Below are positions 13,847 to 24,191 of a stretch of 50,350 bases of DNA, piece by piece. Source of the DNA: Pelomyxa schiedti (lineage: Eukaryota; Protista; Evosea); contig JAHLWZ010000233.1 of NCBI GenBank assembly GCA_020536535.1, positions 1-50,350 of the forward strand, in the 5' to 3' direction. Numbering within the stretch: the stretch's first letter is position 1; each line of letters starts with the position of its first letter. A program made the position numbers and the translations under genes. The notes below the pieces were generated by a model. That model ran no database searches. It was not told the DNA's origin and worked only from the letters and a program-made list of their open reading frames with translations.

Positions 13847-14628
13847 TCAACAACTTGTTACTTCGTACACCTCATATTCCAGCACCTTGAAGCTCCCTGC
13901 CCCACAGAGGAACCTGTCCCACTCTATGCCATCCCTTCTGCCACAGCCTTTAGGCATGGTTGCTGGGAAATTGCATGCATACGGGAAGCGAGAGTAGCTG
14001 TTGGTGTTGGCGTTGCATAAATGAGTGATGTACAAGTCATGCCCATTGCCAAAGGTTGGACCATAGTTGCCGTGACTGTAGAGGGCATTCGCCGGGTTCA
14101 AGGGGAATGCAATGAGAGTTGTCTCGTCCGCTGTTCCAGGCCTATATGCACTGAACAGAAAAGCACCCTGTGCTTCCGAGTAATTGAAGCGGTTTCCTCT
14201 CCAGCTTCCACTCCCCGTGAAACCGCCACAAAGGTATCTGTGTTCAGTCCTGCAGCAGTACATTAGATACTACCGCCATTAATTAGCTAGTGCATTTAGA
14301 GCATCTTCATGTATTATCAATAAGTAAAGCTATACTCGCATTTGGTATCCCGGGGGACAACTAACCTGACAACGACAAGCAAATTCGGAGTGTCGTCGCA
14401 GTCGCCGTGGAACTGGTGCGAAGCGAAGTTGTGGTCGGAAGCCCGGTAGATTCTGGTGAAAACCAAGCGCGGCCCCGTCGTGCCCGTGGCTCCGCACGAC
14501 GTCGTCGCCGGGGCGCTTCCGCTGCGCTGCGTGGCGAGGCTTGCTGTGATGTGGGGAGTCAGGTCCTGCTGCATCTGGTCCGTGAGAAGCTGCGCCGTAG
14601 GGGCTGAGGTTGGTGCTTGGGCGGCCAT
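13847..14628 (-). CDS. TLDc domain protein (two exons)
   Basis: RIYRASDHNFASHQFHGDCDDTPNLLVVVR / YLCGGFT / AFLFS / YGPTFGNGHDLYI / FKVLEYEVYEV are typical TLDc motifs. Confidence 0.85.
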
Positions 14629-14904
14629 CTCTAATTGTGGGTTCTGTTTGTTGTTGTTGTTAATTGGTTTTTGTGTTGTCTGCGGTTGTAGCAGGTGCTG
14701 CGTTTATAAGAGGCTGGAATGCCAACTTGATTTGATCCCGAATCAAGTTGGACCGGAGAGGTTTTCCTTAGAATGCACCACCCACACTTACAATGGACAT
14801 TGCAATACTTTGGGAGTATTTTCCAATGGCTCAGAGTTCACAGGGACAGCTGTCCAAGGCAGAGACGATCAGATTTCCATTTCGAAGTGAGATCCCCCAA
14901 AAAA

Positions 14905-17900
14905 ATGGCTTCTGACGAGGAAGATGATTACGGCGGGTACCCAGAGGACGGCGACGAGTACGCAGACTCGGACGACAATGCCGCCTACGACGACGAAGAC
15001 GACGACGTAATCGTCGTCTCCTCCAAATCGTCTGCCCCTCGCAATCTCACCACCACGTCGGCGCCAGCCTCTACCTCGGCCTCAGCCTCAGCCTCGGCGT
15101 CGTCGGCATCGTCGTCTACAGCACCGTCTGCCTCGGCGCGCCCCAACAAGTCTCGCGAGGCCAGCAGCACGAAGGAGGCAGGGAGGAAAAGGAAGCCGAG
15201 CTGGAGGCAGGACAACGACGAGGACGGGGCGGACGACCTGGAGGCGGAGGACGACGACATGGACTCGGCGGTCGTGGCGGCGGAGGTGGCGGCCAACCGG
15301 AGCCGCGAGGACCGCGGGTGGCTCAACCACGCCGAGTACATGTTCATGACCGAGGACGAGGTAGTGTCGGAGCAGGCAAAGGTTGTTTCTGAGGCAACCG
15401 AAATCATGCAGGTGTGATTTTGTGATTGAGATTTTTGCTTTTTTTGTTTTTTTTCTTTTTTTTTTTCTTCTTTTCCTTTTCTCTTTTCCCCCGTATTTCG
15501 TTCTTTTATTATTGTCATGCAGGAGCACCTTGTTTTGTTATTTATTGTTTATATTACTTGTTACTTATTGTTTATTTTTTTATTGGTTGTTCTCAGTAGA
15601 ATTACATAGAGGGTGCTTTTCCTACTCCTCTTTTTTTTCCCCTAAAATACTTCCACAGATAAGCCCTGGCACAGCTCGCATGCTGCTTAAGAAATGTAAA
15701 TGGGATGTACTCAACTTACTGCAGAGATGGACAAATGATGGCGACAAAGTACTCGTTCCCAAATCAAAATGCTTTCACCTTATTCATATGTCAGGTCTAT
15801 GCAAACGCTGGAGTTGCTCCCCCATTAAAGGCCTCTCGTCCTTCATCCCCACCCGACGATTGCCCTACATGCCTTATACCATGCTCCAGAGAAGAAATGA
15901 TGTGCCCAGCCTGTGGTCATTGGTCTTGTAAAGAGTACATTTCCCTTCTTATCTCATTTTTATTCTCACCCAAACTTGAGATGCTGGCAATCCTGGATCT
16001 CAACCAATATAGATTCTAATGGTCTGACTGAAATCAAATGTTACCATTAGTTCTTAACTACTGCGTGCTAATGGGTAACTAGGTATGACTCCAAAGTGCC
16101 CTCTTTTAGTTGATGAAGATATGATACGAAAGATTGTCCCTCCAGGAATTTTTAGACGGTTTCCCTGTTACCCCTCTTTGAGTTGTTAACTGGGCACAGA
16201 TATGGCTTGATACTCACCAAAAGCTTCATTCAAGAGCATCCATACCTAAAAGGTTGTCCTGCCCCTGGTTGTACTCAAATAGCGAAAATCTCCGAAGGGC
16301 CAAAATCTGTTGCTCTGACATGTAAAGAAAAATCCTTTAACTATTTACCACCTTTCCTCATCGCGATTGGCAGGTAAGTGCGGAAAATCATTCTGCTTTA
16401 ATTGTCAGTTTGAACCTCATGCTCCAGCAACATGCTCCATGGTAGCTGCATGGCAAAAAAAGTTATCTGATGACTCTGAAACTGCAAAATGGTTGTCTGC
16501 CAACACGAAGGACTGCCCTACATGCCATAAAGCAACTGAGAAAAATGGTGGATGCAATCACATGTATCTCCCATATACTGACATCAACTTCTAACTGGAG
16601 GCACAGATCTTGTACTTGTGGAGCTCACTGGTTTATTTACCTTTTTTTTCCCTATGCAAGCTCACTCTGACAGGTGCTGGGTTTGTGTCAAAGCTTTTGA
16701 TGCCTCCACGGTGTGAGTTGGATACTACCTGTTAAACCAGATAAAAACAACAATGGAAAAGTATCTCACTGCATTGAAGGTTTATTCACACAATTGTAAC
16801 AAGTATGCTGCATCAGCAGATGCCTCGCGGCAATCACTAGAACGATACCTGCACTATGTAGTGAGGTTTCATTACACTTGTACTTTCCAAGATCTAACTC
16901 CTAATTAGATATGATGCCCACGCAAAATCGAAAGCGCAGGTCCATTTTTGTGTTTGAAAATTAAAGAACCAAAAAGTACTAACAGGAGTCTTCAATCATG
17001 AAAAAAATGGAGAGCAGAATTGATGAGCTTATGCATTCCTGTTCCTGGATAGAGGTAATGAAGAGCAGACCCATTCCTAAATTTCTGACTTGTTAAAGCT
17101 TCGATTTCTTGAATCATCTCTGGATCAGTTGTTCAAGTTTGTTTTTTTATATTTTGGTAACACTTGCTAATGCACCCAGATGCCGTGAAATCCTGAAATA
17201 CACTTACGTTTTTGCCGTACTAACTTCCAAACTGTTATACCTTGAATTTATAATCCGCACTGCAGTACTACTTGTTTGAAGGCGGGCAAGCATCCAAGGC
17301 CATTTTAATGAATGATTTCCGTCCATTTGCTGATAAAAAGCAGCTTGGATTAGCACAGACTAGATTTGAAGTATGGATGACCCACAGTGAGGAGTAATAC
17401 TTTCATTAATGGAAACCCCCATTCTTCAGGACTTCCAACAACAACTGGAGACAGCAACAGAGAAGCTAAGTGCCTTACTGGAATCCCGGCCGGAAGTGAT
17501 TCTCGTCACACCCGACTTCCGCACCACCGTGATGGACATGACATCCATCGCCCTCAAAAAGTTCGACGCAATGTAAGTATACTTACCCCCGTTTCCCACC
17601 AACCAACCAACCAATCAATCACTTTAGGTTTGAGTGCGTGGAATGGATGCGGGAGTTCCCAACAGGAACCTGGGTTGAGCCAACACCACCGCCGGCCGCA
17701 GCAAAGAAGGAGCCGGCCCCCGCCAAGCCAACACACCCGCCCACACACCGGCAGCGCAACTGGGGTCCCAGGCCCGCTGCCGCCGTTACCGCTCCGCAAA
17801 GGAGGCAGCCTGCGCCGGCCGAGCCCGCTGCCGCTATCACAGTGGACGATGACGACGATGACGCGATTCTGCAGGAGGCAATACGGCAATCACTGGCTTC

Positions 17901-17916
17901 TGCCTCTGGTCACTGA
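14905..17916 (+). CDS. ARI: Ariadne-family RBR E3 ubiquitin ligase with C-terminal UIM-like motif
   Basis: Acidic N-terminus, UBA-like segment (ARMLLKKCKWD), RING1 (CPTC...CGHWSCKECW), IBR (CPAPGC...CGKSFCFNCQFEPHAPATC), RING2 (TKDCPTCHKATEKNGGCNH), Ariadne domain (LERYLHY, CREILKYTYVFAYYL), DDAILQEAIRQSL. Confidence 0.92.
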
Positions 17917-18090
17917 AATGTGTTGTGTGTTTTCTCGTTAGTTTACCTTGTCAACAAACAAGTAAGAAAAAAAAGTTGTCTTTTCACTAGTATTTAAACT
18001 TTCACTTGTGTTCCAGAAAGAAAATGCTGTGCCCAAATCATTCATTTCGCTGTTGCACTAAGCAGCGAATATCGCGAACGGGCTCAAGGG

Positions 18091-19395
18091 TTAATGAGAT
18101 TGTGCTGTGTCCTGTGGCTGTTGGGGTAGTTCTGATGCCGGGTTGTTGAGGGAAAACAGTGTAACAATTGCAATTGGTTTGCCAGTACTGACATCATGAA
18201 TACTGACTGTGGTGAGAACCTCCTCCCGCTGCTGTTGTGGCAGAGAAGTGTGTTGTGGCTGTTGGTTGGTGGTTTCGGTGGTTGTTGGGAGAGGTGGAGG
18301 AATTTGGAGAGCAAAGATTGAGGCAGAAGAGGAAGCTAGATATTGAACTTCGTGTTCGTATTGGAGCAAGGGCTCACTCAAGCAGCCAGAAGACTCGGCA
18401 GCAGCATAACAGTGGACCCTGCATAGTGAAGAAGGCCACAAAAAGACGGAGGCAGCGATGTGTGAACTAGGTGGAGCGGAGGTCACTTCCCTGTAATGTT
18501 TTTCTGGCGGGAATGTGTATGATCGCTCTGTCTTGGTGTTGTACACTTTGAAATCATGGCCCCTACCACCATGCAGAGTGAGGAACGAGGTAGGTGAAGA
18601 CCAAACCAAGTCATAAGGGTCTCGGAGCGGGATACAAAACTTCTTGGTCTGCACTGTGAAACCAGCTTCCAAGCTCCTCTCAAGGTCAACCAGCGAAAGA
18701 ATCGAAACCGGGTGATGCGAACCATACAAGTGGCCCGCGAAAGCCAGCACATCCCCGCAAGGGTCGAACTGCGAGAACTTGGCAGAGAAGCCGCTCAGCG
18801 GAACGGTCCTCCTCACGCCAACCCCCTTTCCAGTCGGCACGCCGTCGCGCAGCCTCCACACGACTATGTCGGGCTCGGCGCCAAGAGCCGCGTTCTCCGC
18901 GGCGTTCACGAGCCACTTGCGGTTGCACGCCCAGAACCCGAACCCGTACAGGCACTTTGCGCCCAGCGCGGCCACGACGACTTTCCCGCCGCCGTCGACC
19001 ACGCTCGCCTCGCCCAGGAAGTTGGTGGCGAGGAACCTGTCGTCGCCCAGGCACCGGCTGATGTACCCGCTGTCGCCCTCCCCCAGGAGCTCCCAGTCGC
19101 CCACGCAGCTGCACCGCACGGCGCCGAGCGTGGGGCTCACGGCCGCGAACACGTGGATTCTGGGCAGCGGCCTCGCGGCCGCGGCCGTAGGGAACGCGAT
19201 GGTGCTGCCGACGTGGTGGCAGGGGCAGGTGACCCAGTCGCGGCCAAACTGCTCGCACAGGGCGCGGTTGCTCGCCAGCCATTTTGCCGGGCTGCATACG
19301 CCGCACCTGGCGATCGTGGCGCTTGCTATAGCGACGAACTGGGATCGCGCGTCGGCCACGGCCCGAATTGTCACTCTTGTGGCAGCGTCGACCAT
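18091..19395 (-). CDS. Intronless hypothetical protein (~434 aa), probably lineage-specific family
   Basis: Long uninterrupted ORF with strongly GC-rich codons; no recognised domain. Confidence 0.65.
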   Translation of the reverse strand: MVDAATRVTIRAVADARSQFVAIASATIARCGVCSPAKWLASNRALCEQFGRDWVTCPCHHVGSTIAFPTAAAARPLPRIHVFAAVSPTLGAVRCSCVGDWELLGEGDSGYISRCLGDDRFLATNFLGEASVVDGGGKVVVAALGAKCLYGFGFWACNRKWLVNAAENAALGAEPDIVVWRLRDGVPTGKGVGVRRTVPLSGFSAKFSQFDPCGDVLAFAGHLYGSHHPVSILSLVDLERSLEAGFTVQTKKFCIPLRDPYDLVWSSPTSFLTLHGGRGHDFKVYNTKTERSYTFPPEKHYREVTSAPPSSHIAASVFLWPSSLCRVHCYAAAESSGCLSEPLLQYEHEVQYLASSSASIFALQIPPPLPTTTETTNQQPQHTSLPQQQREEVLTTVSIHDVSTGKPIAIVTLFSLNNPASELPQQPQDTAQSH

Positions 19396-19963
19396 CAAAG
19401 CGTCGATCGGAGCATTTTCTTTTTGGGACTTACATCAATTCAGGTTCGTCGTTGAAATCATGGTAACGTGCAACGACTTACATTCAGTTGGCACTTTCCA
19501 CTGTAATCCGTTCTCCCAAGATCACCACACCCTATGATAGTGTTGGAGTAGTTGTACTTGCAACACATCCATCTGCTGCCAGGAAAGGCTTTCCTTACTC
19601 CTTTTTAACAATGTGATGATCTCATTCATACCAAGTAAGTGTGGCTTCTTCCGAAGAAGAATAAAATAAAGTGAAAGTCCTGTTCAGATCCGTCCTTCTG
19701 TGTCTGGAGAACCCCCTTTGGAATCTGTGTGACTGCTGGGGCATCTAGTTCTGACATGTCAGAACTTCAGAGAAGAGATGTGTCACAACATTGTGCTTGT
19801 ATTTCAGTGTTTTCCTGTATTTCATCGCTGTACATTTTTTTCTGTGGTGCACAATTTTACAGGAAGTTATGAAATGCATGGTTTTTAAGCCGAGCAGCCA
19901 CAACACAAACGACATTAACACAAGAAAAAAAAAGACCAACACCCCAAGCAACAAACAAAACAA

Positions 19964-22651
19964 ATGCAACCGGATTCTGATCATCCTCATCCAGTAATCG
20001 GAGCAGTTGCTGCTCATGCTGTTGCCGCCATTGCAACTGCAGCAGTGACAGTCGTGGAGGAGGTCACGGGCTCGAAAATTGCAACGGGCCGACCGTGCCA
20101 GACTGAAGCCATTTTCCTGCGAGACATGTGCAGATACACTCAAGGCGGGCCTTGCGCCGTCTCCTCGCCTGTGAACTGGGGGATCTGGACTGGTTCGCAA
20201 GTCCGTAATTTGACGTGGTTCCACGACTCGCGAAACTGCACTGCCGAGGCTTTCATCGACGCCACGGCTGCGTGGGAAGAGGCCTGCGCCGCCAAGTTCA
20301 ACAAGGTCGAGAGCCGGGCTGAGGCCANNNNNNNNNNNNNNNNNNNNNNNNNNNNNNNNNNNNNNNNNNNNNNNNNNNNNNNNNNNNNNNNNNNNNNNNN
20401 NNNNNNNNNNNNNNNNNNNNNNNNNNNAATTTGACGTGGTTCCACGACTCGCGAAACTGCACTGCCGAGGCTTTCATCGACGCCACGGCTGCGTGGGAAG
20501 AGGCCTGCGCCGCCAAGTTCAACAAGGTCGAGAGCCGGGCTGAGGCCATTTTCGCGGTGGTTGATGCAAGCCCAGACCAGGAGAGGGAAATGAAGGGAAC
20601 GATCGCGATGGCGTTCTTCCCTCGGGAGACTGGCCCGCACTCCGTGGTGTGTTTTGAGGCGATGAAGCTCCCTGAGTATCAGAAGATCGCCGCCTCTGTT
20701 CTGAGGCACGAGATTGGCCACATTCTGGGATGGAGGCACGAGCATAATTGGGATGAGAAGTCAGCGGAACCAACCAAGATGTATGTATGCTGCTGCTGTG
20801 TGCTTTTTTGTCTTTTTTTTTCCTCTCGATTTCCTCGTTCCTGTGGTTGAGGTGAGTTTTCTCAAAAAAATTGAACTGGTTTTTAGGTGGATGCCAGAAC
20901 CGGCAACTGGAGAATGGACCCGAGAGATGCCTGAAGAGCTCTGCAAACTGTTGGGAGAGCATGACCACAAATCGATCATGAACCACCACAGGCTTTGGGC
21001 AGATAACGCCCTCGGGATGGTTTCAGACCTCAGTCCCTTGGACAGACTGGGATGCAGGGCGATGTACCCTCAAGGGCTTGTCCCAGCAAACGTCGTGGTT
21101 CTTCTCTGGCCGCCAGGAACAACAAACCCAATCATGCCAGATGGATGGCAGCTTCTGGAACAACAGCAGGACCGCTTTGCCTTGGGTGGGATCACTGCAG
21201 CCGCCACAGCAATAGGCGGGAGCCCCACCCACTCCCACACCCTCAATGGANNNNNNNNNNNNNNNNNNNNNNNNNNNNNNNNNNNNNNNNNNNNNNNNNN
21301 NNNNNNNNNNNNNNNNNNNNNNNNNNNNNNNNNNNNNNNNNNNNNNNNNNAATCATGCCAGATGGATGGCAGCTTCTGGAACAACAGCAGGACCGCTTTG
21401 CCTTGGGTGGGATCACTGCAGCCGCCACAGCAATAGGCGGGAGCCCCACCCACTCCCACACCCTCAATGGAACCACTTCGTCTGATGGTGTCCACTCTCA
21501 CGCAAGTTTCGATCCCAGATTTGGAGTTTATGATGGCTGGGGCCGCGGAGGGCGCCCCGCGTTCGGAATCATTGACAGGAACGGCAGGAATGCGCCTTCA
21601 CTCCGCACGAGTGGTCACAATGGAGCTCACACTCACACTTTTGCCGCCACCACATCCACGGTGAGCAACATCCCTGACTTCATCAAGTTGCCATTTATCG
21701 CCTCCAATAGGGACAAGACAAGTGAGTGACAATCCTCCTTTTTTATTCTCACTGACTTTTTTCACAGTGATTCCCGAGAGAGCGATTATTGCATGCAGAA
21801 CTGATTCATTGAACAGGCCCGGGTGGTATTTGTGTGATGGGCAGAATGGAACTCCTGACCTTCGTGACCGATTCGTGCGTGGAAGCAACACTGGGTTTGG
21901 AGAAACCGGTGCAGCCAGTTCCACAACTCACAAGCATGAGTGGAGTGCAGCAACATCTAACGATGGAAATCACTATCACAGCAGCCTCGGCGATTCTGGG
22001 TGCTACAAACGCAACGTGGACAACGGCGGCCTCACTGCCATAGATACAAACGGGCGTGATGTCCCGATGATCAACACATCATCAAATGGGCTCCATAACC
22101 ACAACCTGACCGGCACCGTTGCAGCGACTCCGGCAGTCCCCCCGTTCTGGTCAGTTGCATACTTCATGAGGCAGCCAGGGGCCGGGCCCATTCACTGCCT
22201 GGATGACCTCCCAGAAGGCGTGATCCTCATGTTCCAGGGTGCCCCTGAGGCTATTCCACGCGGCTGGGCCCTGTGCGACGGCAAGGATGGGAGGCTGAAC
22301 CTCGTGGGGAGGTTCCTGCGCGGGAGCTCCGCCGCCACCAAGCCAGACTGCCCAGGGGGCGCCGACGCTACGGTGCACGCCCACGTTGTGGATCAGACGA
22401 CCCTATCTGGGAATGGGTTTCACACGCACAACACGTTCGAGCCTGGGCTCGGGATTTACACGAGGAAGATCGTGGGAGGGGACCACCGTGGTATCAGCGT
22501 GATAGACTGCAACGGCAAGAATGCGCAGGAGCTCGTCACCGCCGCGGACGGAGCGCACGCCCACACCATCGATGGCAAGACTGCCGAGGCTGATATCATG
22601 CCTCCGTTCTTCGCCATTCTCTTCCTTCAAAGGGCACCCCAGCAGCCTTAG
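19964..22651 (+). CDS. Metzincin (matrixin/astacin-like) zinc metalloprotease fused to three phage tail-collar/tail-fibre-like repeats
   Basis: HEIGHILGWRHEH (HExxHxxGxxH), Met-turn SIMNH, AMAFFP; repeats P-x-GW-x-LCDG-x-NGTPDLRDRFVRG with HxH motifs; two in-frame introns; two N-gaps with duplicated flanks that collapse in frame. Confidence 0.8.
20207..20548. other. Scaffold gap (N100, 20328-20427) with identical 121-bp duplicated flanks
   Basis: 20207-20327 equals 20428-20548. Confidence 0.9.
21130..21471. other. Scaffold gap (N100, 21251-21350) with identical 121-bp duplicated flanks
   Basis: 21130-21250 equals 21351-21471. Confidence 0.9.
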
Positions 22652-22789
22652 TTGTAGTTTCAACCCCCGTTGTTTTCGGGTGAATTTAAAACATGTGTTA
22701 CATTTCTCCGAAACTGATGAACTTTGGTTTCTTTTGTAGTGGTAGAGGAAGTGAAGAAAAAGAAATGACGCAACTTAGTTGAGAAGAGC

Positions 22790-23965
22790 TCATTCTTCGA
22801 CATAAACAATAGAAAAAATTTCCTCCTGGGTCTGACATGTGCTGAGGGACAGTGTGTCAATGTTCATTGACACCAGCAGGTTTGTGCCATTTACCTGTGT
22901 AAAGTTGAGCAAGAACATGTGCATAAGCAAGAACAAACTGTTCTATATGACGCTGTCAGCAACCTGCTTTTGTCATCAAGGGTGCTTGCAGAGTTAAATG
23001 AACCTTCTGGAAGATCTTGTGTGGTGTTAGAAAAAACTTAATAAGAACCAAGAGAAATACTAAAGGTTGTCTTATAGATCATCTGATCATACAACGAGAA
23101 AACCCACAGCTGGTAATTGGACCTAAAGGAAATTATTTTCAAAAAAAGGCTTGTAAATACTTACGTGCAATTTCCTTTGGAAAATCCCCACAGCACCAGC
23201 GTAACCAGATCAAAGTCCAGAGTCAGCAGCCCCGGAGATGCATCCTCAGTAACTCCCAGTTCAGCACCATAGTCATCCAACTGCACTATCATCCACTGTG
23301 GAGGAACCCCACCAGTATCTGAGGTGCTGTACATGTATCCCTTCAATCGTCAGATGAAATATGTGTAGTGAAGAACACTTACCCAATTGACATTCTTGTA
23401 CACTGTTCTGACGAAGGAAGATATTGGGCGTGACATATTCAGGGTTCGGTATTCTGCCATAATGCTATAATTAAGGAGTATGATTAATTTAACTGAGCAA
23501 ATACACGCAACAAGAGAGGAGAACATCCTACTTGGTGGAGCCATCAGACATCCATACTCTACTGAGAGCACACTTATTGTCATTCACAAGGCGGCCAATG
23601 TTGAGCAGCTGATTTAACGCAGCGTCCCACTCAAGCATCGAGAACATGTCGAAGAAGCCATACCAAGTGGCTTTGAGAGCACCACTGCCAATGTCCACCT
23701 TGAGGATGTAAGTCTCACCGCCCCTCGGAATCAGAGCGAACAGCGACCTAGAAGCAGGGTCCACAGTGACGGAAGCACCAGTGGCAACAGTGCTTATGGC
23801 AGTGGTCCCAACCATTGACATTTGGCATGTTGCGGGCGAAACTGTGTGGAGTGCGTAGCCCCCGGCTGTGCCGTTGTATGACACCGCGTATAGCGTGGAA
23901 TTCGAAACCTTCGCACAGACCACTAGAACCACCAGGCACACAACAAGGCGGTTGTAACCGTTCAT
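22790..23965 (-). CDS. Secreted hypothetical protein, possibly beta-propeller-like (multi-exon)
   Basis: Signal peptide MNGYNRLVVCLVVLVVCA followed by repeated short beta-strand patterns (TVDPASRSLFALI, LEWDAALNQLL); several GT-AG introns; end approximate. Confidence 0.55.
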
Positions 23966-24191
23966 CAACTTCAGATTGTTAGTGGAATGAGAGAAACTGG
24001 CTTTCCTCAACTTTCCAAGCATGTTGTTAACAGATTTGCTCCTTCCTCACACCATCAGTAACATAGACTGGCCTCCTTCTCTTGGAAGAAGGAGAGCAGG
24101 AACACTCTCCAGTCTCTCTGAATACTCAACTCCCGATTGCCCAACTCTCTGATCACCCCGAAACTTCTCGTGGCGGGGCCGTTACGAAAGG

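Noticed and set aside
18712-19537. Long antisense ORFs in GC-rich patches (also 3104-3874, 27670-28080)
   Set aside because: Expected shadows of high-GC3 coding sequence on the opposite strand or frame.
20207-21471. Real tandem duplications beside the N-runs
   Set aside because: Both are exactly 121 bp and identical, typical of assembler overlap.
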